From the NCBI GenBank assembly GCA_965199755.1, contig CBDASZ010000001.1, positions 384,001-448,000 on the forward strand: a stretch of 64,000 nucleotides of DNA, in the 5' to 3' direction. A program made the position numbers and the translations under genes. The stretch comes from an uncultured candidatus Porisulfidus sp. (GTDB lineage Bacteria; Pseudomonadota; Gammaproteobacteria; Poriferisulfidales; Poriferisulfidaceae). A model generated the notes under the pieces. That model saw nothing but the letters and a program-made list of their open reading frames with translations. It was not told the origin of the DNA and did not search any database. This document shows positions 1-10,224 of the stretch, in pieces. How positions within the stretch are numbered: the stretch's first letter is position 1; each line of letters starts with the position of its first letter.

Positions 1-91
1 CTGCCATTCCGAGGCCGCGCTCGCGGTCTTCCGCAATAAAGCGGCGCTGCATTTCCAGCATTTTCTCAATCAGTTCGCGTTTTTCGCTCAT
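1..91 (-). CDS. N-terminus of a hypothetical protein running off the window edge
   Basis: Reads MSEKRELIEKMLEMQRRFIAEDRERGLGMA from ATG at 91; open to position 1. Confidence 0.4.
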   Translation of the reverse strand, partial: MSEKRELIEKMLEMQRRFIAEDRERGLGMA

Positions 92-206
92 CAGAAATGT
101 TGTTCCGGTTGATGTGTATCCATTATACAGTCTTGTCTCACACAGAATGAGCATGAAATGAAGGACGGACTGATGCTATGGTGTGTCAAATCCGCACCAC
201 CAAGAG

Positions 207-234
207 TTGCTTTTTTCAGAGCCTTCTGTAGAAT
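207..234 (+). promoter_or_regulatory. Putative sigma70 promoter for the NYN leader/gene
   Basis: TTGCTT(207-212)-16 nt-TAGAAT(229-234); predicted TSS ~241 immediately before the structured leader. Confidence 0.45.
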
Positions 235-242
235 ACATGATT

Positions 243-414
243 GAGATTAGACCCTTATGGGTGTTGGGCTGCCTAGGCTAGGTTCAGCATAATCTCTCGC
301 CCCCCCCGGTTGCTTCGACTCCGGGGCCGGGGCCTCCTAGGAAGGCCCCGGATACCTTTATCTTCTTGGGGCCTGCCAGTGCTCAGGCTTTCCTCAGGGC
401 CTTTGTACTGAGGA
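243..414 (+). ncRNA. Candidate structured leader/ncRNA upstream of NYN nuclease
   Basis: Consecutive stems: GAGATTA/TAATCTC, ACCC/GGGT, CCCCGG/CCGGGG, CCGGGGCCT/AGGCCCCGG, GCCTG/CAGGC, TCCTCAG/CTGAGGA. Confidence 0.45.
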
Positions 415-419
415 CGCTC

Positions 420-1049
420 ATGCGTACTATCGTCTACACAGACGGATTTAATCTGTACTATGGTGCCCTCCAAGGCACGCCTTGGAAGTGGGTAGATATT
501 CCATTACTTTTCTCAAATCTGTTGGAGCCGCACCACGAAATTTCAGCGGTTAAGTACTTCATCACAAGAATTTATGGCGACTTTGGGGATCCCGATAAAT
601 TGCGAAGACAGGAAATATTTTTTCGTGCATTGCAGGCATATCGGCCTGAGTTGGAAATTTATTACGGGCATTTTCATCGCCATGATGTCATGATGCCGCT
701 TGCCAAACCCACCAAAGCTCGTCGCTTTGCCAAAGTGATCAAAGTTGAAGAAAAGGGGTCCGATGTCAATCTGGCGGTTCATTTGCTGAATGATGCGTGG
801 CTGGATGCTTACGACTGTGCTGTGGTTGTTACGAATGACAGTGATCTTGCCGAAGCATTAAATCTGGTTAAACAGCACCCCGGTTCTAAACGTATTGGGT
901 TAGTGCCTCCAAGGAAAGGTCAAGCTTCGCAGCGGTTGCTGAAATATGCCGATTTCACAAGACGTATACGACCTCATATTTTGGAGGCATCACAATTGCC
1001 TGATCCTATACCGGGAACCTCCCTTCATAAACCCGACGCCTGGAAGTGA
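420..1049 (+). CDS. NYN domain (LabA/DUF88, PIN-like) ribonuclease
   Basis: YTDGFNLYYG, EEKGSDVNLA, VVTNDSDL acidic motifs; ATG at 420 after GAGGA. Confidence 0.9.
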   Translation: MRTIVYTDGFNLYYGALQGTPWKWVDIPLLFSNLLEPHHEISAVKYFITRIYGDFGDPDKLRRQEIFFRALQAYRPELEIYYGHFHRHDVMMPLAKPTKARRFAKVIKVEEKGSDVNLAVHLLNDAWLDAYDCAVVVTNDSDLAEALNLVKQHPGSKRIGLVPPRKGQASQRLLKYADFTRRIRPHILEASQLPDPIPGTSLHKPDAWK

Positions 1050-1156
1050 CCTGCAATACGGTTGTTGCCAAGTTCTCTTTCATCGCGCGGTTTTCAGGTT
1101 GCTGCACTTGTTATACTTTGGCTCAATGAGTCACCACGTCAGGGAGACCCGCCACA

Positions 1157-1345
1157 GTGAATGAGTGGCTATCCAAACTGCTGAAAACTCCAGTGTTCTG
1201 GCGCGCCGTTTTCATGGGCGCGATGACACTGTGGGCCCTGACCATCACGCTGTTCGCAGTAGGCTTCTCCGCTTATCCGGTCGGATGGTTGTTGCTGTTG
1301 GTGGTGGCGGCATGGGCATGGTACGCCGGACGCAGAATTAACTGA
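1157..1345 (+). CDS. Small membrane protein
   Basis: 62 aa with two hydrophobic helices; AGGGAG upstream; fills intergenic gap. Confidence 0.55.
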   Translation: MNEWLSKLLKTPVFWRAVFMGAMTLWALTITLFAVGFSAYPVGWLLLLVVAAWAWYAGRRIN

Positions 1346-1347
1346 CC

Positions 1348-2025
1348 TCAGCGCGCTTCGCGCCGCAAGGCCCATTCCCGAACTTGGTGTCCCAGACGCT
1401 TCGCGCGCAATTCGTAATGCGTTTCGGGTCGCTTTGGCAGTTCTGCCAGTTGCGTCCAGTCTGAATTGTCGGCCAACAACGAGTCAATATGTTCAGCGTA
1501 GTCGTTCCAGTCGGTGGCCAGATGCAGGATGCCGTCAGTGCTCACCACTCGCGCGCATTCACGCAGAAAGGGTTCTTGCAGCAAGCGTCGTTTCCAGTGC
1601 CGCTTCTTCGGCCAGGGATCCGGGAACAGGATGCGCAGCTGCTCAATACAACCGGACGCAAATCGAGGCAGCAAGGCCGCGGCATCGCCGCGAATAACCC
1701 GCAGATTCTCAAGTTTCAAGTGCTGGATCTGGTGCAAAACGCGCGCCAGAGAAGGTTGATAGACTTCGATTCCGATGAAGATATGCCGAGGACAGATTCG
1801 TGCTTCCTCCAGAAGGATTTCGGCGTGGCCGAAGCCGATCTCCAGAACCATTTTGCCCGGCCTTTGAAAGGGTAAAGCCGGGTTAAATCCGTCTTCCGCA
1901 ACCACGAACTGGTATTTTTCCAGCAATCGTTCGTAGTTCGCCTGCTTTTTGTCGGGCAGACGACGTGCACGATGCACGAAAGAGCGAATAGTGCGTGGGG
2001 CGGGCGCATTGTAGTTAAAGTTCAT
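1348..2025 (-). CDS. trmB: tRNA (guanine-N7)-methyltransferase
   Basis: [20 protein letters not shown] motifs; follows thiG. Confidence 0.95.
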   Translation of the reverse strand: MNFNYNAPAPRTIRSFVHRARRLPDKKQANYERLLEKYQFVVAEDGFNPALPFQRPGKMVLEIGFGHAEILLEEARICPRHIFIGIEVYQPSLARVLHQIQHLKLENLRVIRGDAAALLPRFASGCIEQLRILFPDPWPKKRHWKRRLLQEPFLRECARVVSTDGILHLATDWNDYAEHIDSLLADNSDWTQLAELPKRPETHYELRAKRLGHQVREWALRREAR

Positions 2026-2804
2026 TCAAGCATATCTTCAAGTGGGCTTGATGCGTGCGCGATCTCATGTCGCGGCATGCGCCCAGCGCGCCAAGCCAGA
2101 CGTCCGGCTTCCACGGCCAGACGCATGGCGTGCGCCATGCGCACCGGCTCCTTCGCCGCAGCAATAGCGGTGTTCATCAGTACGCCGTCGCAGCCCAACT
2201 CCATGGCAATGGCCGCATCTGAGGCGGTGCCGACGCCAGCATCAACCAAAATGGGTGTTGTGGCCTGTTCCAGAATGATGCGCAGGTTGTCAGGGTTGCG
2301 GATGCCGCGCCCGGAACCGATTGGCGCGGCCAGCGGCATGACAGCGATACAGCCGGCTTCCGCCAGTTGTCGCGCGATGACCGGATCGTCATTGGTGTAA
2401 GCCATCACCTCGAAGCCTTCCGCGACCAGCACTTCCGCAGCGCTCAAGGTCTGCGCGACATCGGGATACAGCAGCCGCTCATCGCCCAGCACTTCAAGCT
2501 TGACCAGCGTATGGTCGTCCAGCAATTCCCGGGCCAGACGGCAGACGCGCAAGGCATCTTCGGCGCTGTAGCAGCCGGCGGTGTTCGGCAATATGGTGTA
2601 TTCCTGCGGAGGAATCACATCCAGCAGATTGGGCGCATCGGGGTCTTGGCCGATGTTGGTGCGGCGCAAGGCGACCGTCACGATTTCAGCGCCGGAGGCT
2701 TCAATCGCTTCGCGCGTCTGCTCCAGATCCCGATACTTGCCGGTGCCGACCAGCAATCGTGAGCGATAGTCGCGCCCGGCGAGGCGTAAGACGTCGTCAG
2801 TCAT
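2022..2804 (-). CDS. thiG: Thiazole synthase
   Basis: [29 protein letters not shown] motifs. Confidence 0.97.
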   Translation of the reverse strand: MTDDVLRLAGRDYRSRLLVGTGKYRDLEQTREAIEASGAEIVTVALRRTNIGQDPDAPNLLDVIPPQEYTILPNTAGCYSAEDALRVCRLARELLDDHTLVKLEVLGDERLLYPDVAQTLSAAEVLVAEGFEVMAYTNDDPVIARQLAEAGCIAVMPLAAPIGSGRGIRNPDNLRIILEQATTPILVDAGVGTASDAAIAMELGCDGVLMNTAIAAAKEPVRMAHAMRLAVEAGRLAWRAGRMPRHEIAHASSPLEDMLE

Positions 2805-2806
2805 GT

Positions 2807-3004
2807 TCAGCCGCCACCGATGGCGCGCACCACTTCTACGCGATCGCCATCCTGCAACTGATGTTCCGACCAGCGCGAGCGCGGGATGACGCGGCGGTTG
2901 ACTTCCACCGCCAGACGTCCTTGCAGTTTCAGGCAGTCGACCATCTGCGGAATCGTCGCGGCATCAGGCAACGTCTGGAGTTGGCCGTTGACGGTCAGTT
3001 GCAT
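2807..3004 (-). CDS. thiS: Sulfur carrier protein ThiS
   Basis: 65 aa, C-terminal GGG, adjacent to thiG. Confidence 0.95.
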   Translation of the reverse strand: MQLTVNGQLQTLPDAATIPQMVDCLKLQGRLAVEVNRRVIPRSRWSEHQLQDGDRVEVVRAIGGG

Positions 3005-3010
3005 GGGTCT

Positions 3011-3406
3011 TCAGCTCAACTGCTCCATGAGTTTCTCGACGCTAAAGGTGCCGTACACCATCTTCAGATTGCCGCCTTCGACCACGATGTAATCGCACCC
3101 GCGCACGACCACGGGCTTGCCGGTCGCGGCCATCTCTCCCAACGGTCCTTGATGTGTGCCGAACAGCAACCACGGCACCGCGATCTGTCCAATGCTGGTG
3201 GGGGACTGGGAGATCAATTCCAGTTTGAGATCGGGGAAGGCACCAAACAGACCCTCCGCATACTCACCAATGGCCGCACCTGTCAGCGGGCCGCCGGTGA
3301 CCGGATCTTCGTAACTGCCGTCCTCGGCGTAGACGTCCATAACCGCCTGAGGGTCATGCGCATCCCAAGCGTCGAAATAGGCTCGGATAACTTCTTCAGG
3401 GTTCAT
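3011..3406 (-). CDS. SnoaL-like ester cyclase / NTF2-fold protein
   Basis: AFPDL, GTHQG, ATGKPV motifs. Confidence 0.85.
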   Translation of the reverse strand: MNPEEVIRAYFDAWDAHDPQAVMDVYAEDGSYEDPVTGGPLTGAAIGEYAEGLFGAFPDLKLELISQSPTSIGQIAVPWLLFGTHQGPLGEMAATGKPVVVRGCDYIVVEGGNLKMVYGTFSVEKLMEQLS

Positions 3407-3415
3407 GCTGTGACC

Positions 3416-4705
3416 TCACGTTGCGATGTTTAATGCTTGGTCAAGATCGGCAATGATGTCATTGATATCTTCAATGCCGACAGATAACCGGATGACTTCT
3501 GGGCCTGCGCCAGCGGCGATTTTTTGCTCATCGCTGAGCTGTCGATGTGTGGTGGAGGCAGGATGCACGATAAGCGAGCGAGTATCGCCAATGTTGGCGA
3601 GGTGCGAGAACAAGGCCACATTTTCCACCACTTTGACGCCGGCCTCATAACCGCCGTCGACGCCGAACGTGAATACTGCGCCGGCTCCCTCAGGGCAGTA
3701 GCGCTGCGCCCGCTCATAGTAGGGGTCTTGCGGCAAGCCAGCGTAGGATACCCAGGCGACCTTCTCGTGCTGCTGCAGCCATTCGGCGGTGGCTTGCGCG
3801 TTGGCGCAATGCTGACGCACACGCAAGGGTAGCGTTTCCAGCCCCGTCATGGTGAGCGCCGCGTTCATGGGCGACATGGTAGGACCAAGATCGCGCAGGC
3901 TCACGGCAATGGAGTAGAAGGTATAGGCGAGTGGGCCGAACTTGTCGGTGAAAGAGTCGCCGTGGTAGGCCGGGTTGGGGTCGGTCAGATGCGGGAATTT
4001 ACCGCTGGCGTCCCAATCGAACGTCCCGGAGTCAATCACCACGCCACCGACGGCATTGCCGTGCCCGGACAGAAACTTGGTGGTGGAGTGCACCACCAGA
4101 TCAGCACCATGCTCAATCGGCCGGCACAGCACCGGGGTCGCTAGCGTGTTGTCGATAATCAGCGGAATATCGTGGTCGTGCGCAATATCTGCCAGCGCTT
4201 GAATGTCGCACATAATGCCGCCAGGATTGGCCAGACTTTCGCTGAAAATCGCACGGGTGCGCTCATTGCACGCATCCCGCACCGCATCCAGATCATCCGG
4301 GTCCACAAAGCGCACGGTCCAGCCGAAGCGCGCGAAGGCATGGCCGAATTGGGTGATGGAGCCGCCGTACAGTTTGTTGGAGGCGACGAACTCATCGCCG
4401 GTGCGCATCAAACCGAACAGAGTCAGCATTTGCGCGGCATGGCCGGAGGCGGAGCAGACCGCGCCGACACCGCCTTCCAGATCCGCCAGTCGGCTTTGCA
4501 GGGTATGGACGGTGGGATTGGTGAGGCGCGAGTAGATAAACCCGGTCTCATCAAGATTAAACAGATTGGCGGCGTGTTCGACGTCGCGAAACACAAACGC
4601 TACCGACTGATGAATCGGCGGTATGCGCGCCCCCGTAGTCGGATCCGGCTCGGTGCCGGCGTGAATGGCGCGGGTGCTGAGTCTTTGGGCTTTGGATTCG
4701 CTCAC
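3416..4705 (-). CDS. metY: O-acetylhomoserine aminocarboxypropyltransferase (MetY family), paralogue 1
   Basis: YSRLTNPT, HSTTKFLSGHG, HLANIGD, HPASTTH; likely GTG start at 4705. Confidence 0.9.
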   Translation of the reverse strand: MSESKAQRLSTRAIHAGTEPDPTTGARIPPIHQSVAFVFRDVEHAANLFNLDETGFIYSRLTNPTVHTLQSRLADLEGGVGAVCSASGHAAQMLTLFGLMRTGDEFVASNKLYGGSITQFGHAFARFGWTVRFVDPDDLDAVRDACNERTRAIFSESLANPGGIMCDIQALADIAHDHDIPLIIDNTLATPVLCRPIEHGADLVVHSTTKFLSGHGNAVGGVVIDSGTFDWDASGKFPHLTDPNPAYHGDSFTDKFGPLAYTFYSIAVSLRDLGPTMSPMNAALTMTGLETLPLRVRQHCANAQATAEWLQQHEKVAWVSYAGLPQDPYYERAQRYCPEGAGAVFTFGVDGGYEAGVKVVENVALFSHLANIGDTRSLIVHPASTTHRQLSDEQKIAAGAGPEVIRLSVGIEDINDIIADLDQALNIAT

Positions 4706-4718
4706 GGGGGTGTCCTTA

Positions 4719-5255
4719 TTATGTATATTCGCTTTGGAAGCGATTTTTGTTATCGACGTAATGCGCTGCCGAATACCGCAGGTATTCCAGTTCTGCATCG
4801 TTAAGTTCACGGAGTTTGCGGGCCGGACTGCCGACCCACAGGCAGCCGCCGTCGAGGGTTTTCCCGGGCGGCACCAGACAACCGGCACCGATGATGGTGT
4901 CCGCGCTGATGACCGAGCCGTCCAGCACAATCGCGCCCATGCCGATCAGGCAGCGGTCGCCGATCTCGCAGGCATGAATGACGGCGCTATGACCGACCGT
5001 GACCTCATCGCCAATGGTGGTGCCGAAACCGCCGGGGGTATAGTCGCAGTCGTGGGTGACATGCACCACGCTGCCGTCCTGAATATTGGTGCGCGCACCG
5101 ATGCGGATCAAATGCACGTCGCCGCGAATGACCGTCATTGGCCAGACCGAACTGTCTTCACCGAGGTGCACATCGCCGAGTACCAGTGCCTGATCGTCAA
5201 CGTAGGCGGAGTCGGCGATGACGGGTGTATGCCCTTCAAACGTACGAACAGCCAT
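4719..5255 (-). CDS. Gamma carbonic anhydrase family protein (YrdA-like)
   Basis: Hexapeptide repeats, RGDV, NIQDGSVVH. Confidence 0.92.
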   Translation of the reverse strand: MAVRTFEGHTPVIADSAYVDDQALVLGDVHLGEDSSVWPMTVIRGDVHLIRIGARTNIQDGSVVHVTHDCDYTPGGFGTTIGDEVTVGHSAVIHACEIGDRCLIGMGAIVLDGSVISADTIIGAGCLVPPGKTLDGGCLWVGSPARKLRELNDAELEYLRYSAAHYVDNKNRFQSEYT

Positions 5256-5288
5256 GGTGTTAGTGCAGGGCGATCGAGGCGGGTGGTG

Positions 5289-6530
5289 TTACGCGGCGTT
5301 TTGGCCGTAATGTTCTTGCACGTAGTCGTCGAGCATCTGGCGGAAATCCTCGGCGATAGTGTCGCCGCGCAAGGTGCGCACGCGTTCGCCGTCAACATAC
5401 ACTGGGGCACCCGGATTCTCGCGCGAGCCTGGCAGGCTGATGCCAATGTTGGCGTGTCGGCTTTCGCCCGGTCCGTTGACCACGCAGCCCATCACCGCGA
5501 CAGTCATATTGGCGACGCCCGGATACTGCTTGCGCCACTGCGGCATGTCGTCGGCAATGGCCTGTTCAATATCCCGCGCCAGTCGGCGGAAGAAATCGCT
5601 GCTGGTACGCCCACAGCCCGGACAAGCCGTGACAGAAGGCGTGAAATGCCGCAGATTCAAGCTTTGCAGCAGATCACACAGCACCCGGACTTCATCGGCG
5701 CGATCGCCTCCGGGCAGTGGTGTGAGCGAGGCGCGCAGCGTGTCGCCGACGCCCTGTTGCAACAGCAAAGTTAAGGCGCTGGTGGTGGCCACGATCGCAC
5801 GTCGGCCCATGCCGGCTTCAGTCAGGCCCAGATGCAGGGGATAGTCGCATAATCTGGCCAGTTCCAGATAGGTGTTGACCAAAGGCTCGATGCGGCTGAG
5901 TTTGACCGACAGGATGATGGCGTCATGCGGCAGTCCGATCTGCTCCGCCATTTCCGCGCTGCGTAAGGCGGATTGCACCATCGCCTCTTGCTGGACCTGC
6001 ATTGAATCGAGCGGGTTCTCGCGCTTGGCGTTCTCATCCATCAGTTCGGCCAGAAGCACCGGGTCAAGACTGCCCCAGTTGACGCCGATGCGCACGGGTT
6101 TCTCGTGCTCGCAGGCCAGTTCAATGAACTGGGTGAAGTGCGGGTCGCGCGCCTTGCCGCGCCCGACATTGCCCGGATTGACGCGGAACTTGTCCAGCGC
6201 CTTCGCGCATTCAGGATATTTGGACAGCAACTCGTGGCCGTTGAAATGAAAGTCCCCAATTAGCGGCACCGTGATGTCTTCGGCGTGCAGTTGATCGCGA
6301 ATTTCAGGCACCGCTTGCGCCGCGTCATGGTCGTTGACCGTGATGCGCACTAACTCCGAGCCGGCGCGGGCCAAATCCTTGACCTGTTTGACGGTGCGTT
6401 CCACGTCCGCAGTGGGCGTGTCGGTCATGGATTGTACAACGATCGGCGCGTTGCCGCCGACCGTGACTTCGCCAATGCGTACAGGGATGCTTTGGCGGCG
6501 AGAGTGCAACATGGAATCAGTTTCGTCCAT
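5289..6530 (-). CDS. ispG: HMBPP synthase
   Basis: [31 protein letters not shown]. Confidence 0.97.
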   Translation of the reverse strand: MDETDSMLHSRRQSIPVRIGEVTVGGNAPIVVQSMTDTPTADVERTVKQVKDLARAGSELVRITVNDHDAAQAVPEIRDQLHAEDITVPLIGDFHFNGHELLSKYPECAKALDKFRVNPGNVGRGKARDPHFTQFIELACEHEKPVRIGVNWGSLDPVLLAELMDENAKRENPLDSMQVQQEAMVQSALRSAEMAEQIGLPHDAIILSVKLSRIEPLVNTYLELARLCDYPLHLGLTEAGMGRRAIVATTSALTLLLQQGVGDTLRASLTPLPGGDRADEVRVLCDLLQSLNLRHFTPSVTACPGCGRTSSDFFRRLARDIEQAIADDMPQWRKQYPGVANMTVAVMGCVVNGPGESRHANIGISLPGSRENPGAPVYVDGERVRTLRGDTIAEDFRQMLDDYVQEHYGQNAA

Positions 6531-6577
6531 GGTCGGTGTATGCTAAACGAGTGGAGCGATTGCAATAGCAAACTATT

Positions 6578-7279
6578 ATGCCTGTTTCTGATTTGGGGTG
6601 TGGAATTTTTATCACCGGAACCGACACTGGCGTGGGCAAAACCTGGGTCGCCGTGCAACTGATTCAGGCGCTGCGTCGCCGTGGATGGGCAGTGCGCCCG
6701 ATCAAGCCCGTGGAGTCCGGCTGCGCCGAAGCGCATACGCTGTCGGATGCGGAGCGCTTGCGCGCCGCGGCCGATTTGAACACCATGGAGACCATCACTC
6801 GCTACAGCCTCGATGCGGCGCTGGCCCCGGCACTGGCGGCGCAGCGCGAGGGCATATCGTTCTCACTGCGCGAGCTGGTCGAATTTTGTCATCAAGACGG
6901 GGTGCGAATTGTGGAAGGCGCGGGAGGCTGGCGGGTGCCGTTGGCGGCCGATGGCGAGGTGCAGGATCTGGCCGCCGCGCTTGGCTTACCTGTTCTGGTG
7001 GTGGCGGAGGATCGACTGGGCGCGACCAATCAGGTGCTGCTGACTTGCGACGCCATCGCACAGACGCCCAACTGTCATTTGGGCGGGGTGTTGCTGAATG
7101 CGCAAGCCGTGGAATTTGAAGATGTAGGAAACGCAGAAATGTTAACCGAGAGGTTGGGCGCGGTGCCGCTGTGGCGTACGTGCCATGAGTGCTGGCTTGA
7201 TGAGGTTCACGAGGAGGCGTTGCTGGGCGCTTACGGACTATTGGAGGAGGGCGCTGATGCCCGAATTGCCGGAGGTTGA
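6578..7279 (+). CDS. bioD: Dethiobiotin synthase
   Basis: ITGTDTGVGKT, KPVESG, VEGAGG. Confidence 0.93.
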   Translation: MPVSDLGCGIFITGTDTGVGKTWVAVQLIQALRRRGWAVRPIKPVESGCAEAHTLSDAERLRAAADLNTMETITRYSLDAALAPALAAQREGISFSLRELVEFCHQDGVRIVEGAGGWRVPLAADGEVQDLAAALGLPVLVVAEDRLGATNQVLLTCDAIAQTPNCHLGGVLLNAQAVEFEDVGNAEMLTERLGAVPLWRTCHECWLDEVHEEALLGAYGLLEEGADARIAGG

Positions 7280-8072
7280 AACGACCCGGCGCGGAATCGC
7301 GCCGCATCTGGAAGGCCAGACTATTGACTGCATGCGCATTCGCCAGCGGCGACTGCGCTGGCCGATTTCTCGGGCGTTGCCGGAGGTGGTGTCCGGGTGT
7401 TCGATCCGCGCGGTGAAACGGCGCGGCAAGTATCTGCTGATTGACGCCGAGGCCGGGCATCTGATCTGGCATCTGGGCATGTCCGGCTCGTTTCGCGTGC
7501 TGCAGGAGCCGCCGGATCCGGGAGTACACGATCATGTGGATGTACATTTGCGCGGCGGGGCTACCTTGCGGTTTCGAGATCCGCGCCGTTTCGGCTCCCT
7601 GCACTGGACCACGCGCGATCCGTTGTGCCATCGCCTGCTGGTTGATCTCGGACCGGAACCCCTGGATGAGAAATTTGATGGGGCGTGGCTGTATGCGCGT
7701 TCGCGCGGGCGCAAGGGGGCGGTGAAGAATTTTCTGATGGATGCGGCCACCGTGGTCGGAGTGGGCAACATCTATGCCAGCGAGGCCCTGTATTTGGCCG
7801 GGATCTCACCGCAGCGCGCTGCTGGCAGAGTCGGACTGGCGCGTTATCAGCGTCTGGCGGAGTCCGTGCGCACCGTGCTTGAGAAAGCCATCAAGGCGGG
7901 CGGCACCAGTTTGCGGGATTTCACCGTGGTGACGGGTGAACCAGGATACTTTGCACAGGAACTGCAAGTGTACGGGCGTGACAAGCAGCCGTGCAAACAT
8001 TGCGACGCACCAATCGTGTGCCGTGTCATCGGCCAGCGTTCTTCGTTTTATTGTCCGCGCTGTCAGCGCTGA
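7257..8072 (+). CDS. mutM: Formamidopyrimidine-DNA glycosylase
   Basis: MPELPEVE start at 7257, HLGMSG, C-terminal zinc finger CPRCQ. Confidence 0.97.
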   Translation: MPELPEVETTRRGIAPHLEGQTIDCMRIRQRRLRWPISRALPEVVSGCSIRAVKRRGKYLLIDAEAGHLIWHLGMSGSFRVLQEPPDPGVHDHVDVHLRGGATLRFRDPRRFGSLHWTTRDPLCHRLLVDLGPEPLDEKFDGAWLYARSRGRKGAVKNFLMDAATVVGVGNIYASEALYLAGISPQRAAGRVGLARYQRLAESVRTVLEKAIKAGGTSLRDFTVVTGEPGYFAQELQVYGRDKQPCKHCDAPIVCRVIGQRSSFYCPRCQR

Positions 8073-9688
8073 AGCGCGCCGGTGCGGGCCGTGCCGACAC
8101 CACGGGGATCAGAGGCCGCGCCAAGCTGTCCGTCGGCTTCCCGAATGACCACCTGCATGTTGCTCCAGGCACCCCCCGTCTCCACCGTATGGCCGAGCGC
8201 ATTCAGAGGCGTGGGATCTGAAAGCGCGCCGTCTTCCGCATAGATCACATCCGGCACTGCCTGAAAGTGCAGGCGAGGGGCCGAGACCATGGTTTCGGCA
8301 TCCGCGCCACTGATAAAGCGCAGGATTCCGCCGAGCACCGTGGTGGTAATGCGGCTGCCGCCCGGAGAGCCAAGCAGCGCCAGGCGCCCGTCAGCGGTGA
8401 CTGCGCTTGGCGCCATTGAGGACAGCATGCGTTTTCCCGGCGCGATGGCATTGGCCTCGCTGCCGATCAGGCCGTAAAGATTGAGCGCGCCCGGCTTGGC
8501 GGAGAAATCGTCCATCTCATTGTTTAGCACCACGCCGGTGCCCGGTGCCACGAAAGAAGAGCCGAACAGGCCGTTGATGGACAAAGTGGCGCTGACCCAG
8601 TTGCCGTGCGCGTCCAGAATGCTGAAGTGCGTGGTATGTCCGTCTTTGGGGGCTTCGGTCGGTACGCTTAATGCGTGGCTGGCGCGTTCCGGGTCAAAGT
8701 TCTGCATCAACTCCGCGGCATACTCTGGGCTGGTCAGACGGTCGATGGGGACGTCGTGATGATCGGCATCGCCAAGCGTGTGCGCGCGGCTGAGATACAC
8801 CCGTCGCAGGATCTCAATCAGCCGATGCGTGTCCGCCATGCTGTTCGGTTGCGCGCCCCAGTCCGTATCCAGCAGATGAAAGACCTGTGTCAGCATGATG
8901 CCGCTTGCAGAAGGCAGCGGTGCGCTGATAATGTGTGCGTCGCGCCAGTTAATCTCGATCGGTTTGCGCTCCACCACGCGATAGTCTTTGAGATCCTCAA
9001 GCGACCAGATGCCGCCCGCGGCACGTACGCCGTCAACCAGAGACTCGGCCAATGCGCCGCTATAGAAAGATCGCGCGCCGTGTTGCGCGAGGTGCTCCAG
9101 TGTGTCGGCCAGATCAGTTTGCATCAGTGTGTCGGCCGCCAGAAACACGTGTGAGGCCGGGTAACGCTCCAGTATCTCACGCTGGCGTTCCACAAATTCC
9201 GCCATTCGCGCGTCGACCGGGACGCCGTCACGCGCCTGCTGTAGTGCGCCGCTCAGCGACTGCGCCAGTGGCAGTGCCGCGTAGTGCTCGGCCAGGTGCG
9301 CCCACGCTGCGGCGATACCCGGAATGCCGGCCGCCAGCGGGCCATTGAGAGCGGCATCCCGATTCACAGCGCCTTCGGCATCCAGATACATATCCCGATG
9401 CGCGGCACCGGGGGCACGTTCACGGGCGTCCAGAAAAATTGTGTGATTGCGTTCGGCATCGTGCAGCAGAAAGAATCCGCCGCCGCCGAGCCCGGAGGAG
9501 TAAGGCTCGACCACGCTGAGTGAGGCGCTGACCGCGATGGCCGCGTCAAAGGCGTTGCCGCCAGCTTCCAGAACCTGTGCTCCGGCTTCGGTGGCTAACG
9601 GATGTGCGGTGGCCAGTGCGTACTCTTCGGAGGCTGCCTGCGCGGTGCCGAGCAGGGCCAGAGACAGCGCGAGGATGCGACAGGGCAT
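8063..9688 (-). CDS. ggt: Gamma-glutamyltransferase
   Basis: Signal peptide, GGNAFDAA, TTHFS nucleophile, LNNEMDDF, RMLSSM. Confidence 0.95.
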   Translation of the reverse strand: MPCRILALSLALLGTAQAASEEYALATAHPLATEAGAQVLEAGGNAFDAAIAVSASLSVVEPYSSGLGGGGFFLLHDAERNHTIFLDARERAPGAAHRDMYLDAEGAVNRDAALNGPLAAGIPGIAAAWAHLAEHYAALPLAQSLSGALQQARDGVPVDARMAEFVERQREILERYPASHVFLAADTLMQTDLADTLEHLAQHGARSFYSGALAESLVDGVRAAGGIWSLEDLKDYRVVERKPIEINWRDAHIISAPLPSASGIMLTQVFHLLDTDWGAQPNSMADTHRLIEILRRVYLSRAHTLGDADHHDVPIDRLTSPEYAAELMQNFDPERASHALSVPTEAPKDGHTTHFSILDAHGNWVSATLSINGLFGSSFVAPGTGVVLNNEMDDFSAKPGALNLYGLIGSEANAIAPGKRMLSSMAPSAVTADGRLALLGSPGGSRITTTVLGGILRFISGADAETMVSAPRLHFQAVPDVIYAEDGALSDPTPLNALGHTVETGGAWSNMQVVIREADGQLGAASDPRGVGTARTGALQR

Positions 9689-10176
9689 CAGTCGCGGTGG
9701 AACTTGTCGGTCAGCATCTGGTGGATGGCCTCCGGCACAAAATGTCCGACGTCGCCGCCCAAAAGTGCGACTTCCTTGACCAGCGACGAGGACACGAAGG
9801 CGTATTCCTTCGCTGGCGTGAGGAACAGGGACTCCAGATCCGGTGCCAGTTGGCGATTCATGCTGGCCAGTTGAAACTCGTATTCAAAGTCGGAGACGGC
9901 GCGCAGTCCGCGAATGATCGCTTGCGCCCCCTGATCGCGCGCGAAATCCACCAGCAATCCGTCAAACGCGCTGACGGTCACCGCCTCGCCCAGATCCTCC
10001 AGTGCCAGATGCGCCATACGCAGCCGTTCGTCAACATTAAACGTGGTCTCCTTGCCGGTGTCAGCGGCGATCGCCACAATCAGGCGATCGAACAAACTCA
10101 AGGCCCGCCGCGCCAGGTCTACATGGCCGAATGTGATAGGGTCGAAGGTTCCCGGATAAATGGCGCAGCGGGGCAT
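9688..10176 (-). CDS. coaD: Phosphopantetheine adenylyltransferase
   Basis: YPGTFDPITFGH, RGLRAVSDFEYE. Confidence 0.97.
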   Translation of the reverse strand: MPRCAIYPGTFDPITFGHVDLARRALSLFDRLIVAIAADTGKETTFNVDERLRMAHLALEDLGEAVTVSAFDGLLVDFARDQGAQAIIRGLRAVSDFEYEFQLASMNRQLAPDLESLFLTPAKEYAFVSSSLVKEVALLGGDVGHFVPEAIHQMLTDKFHRD

Positions 10177-10224
10177 GAGGACTTGGCGGCGGTGATGTCG
10201 GGATTTTAACACCGCGCGGCAGTG

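Noticed and set aside
3004-3420. TPP riboswitch upstream of thiS-thiG
   Set aside because: No intergenic space; genes are packed with ~10-nt gaps or less
4665-5774. 369-aa plus-strand ORF and similar antisense ORFs over the cox, recN and dnaK genes
   Set aside because: Lie opposite well-supported genes; no domain signal
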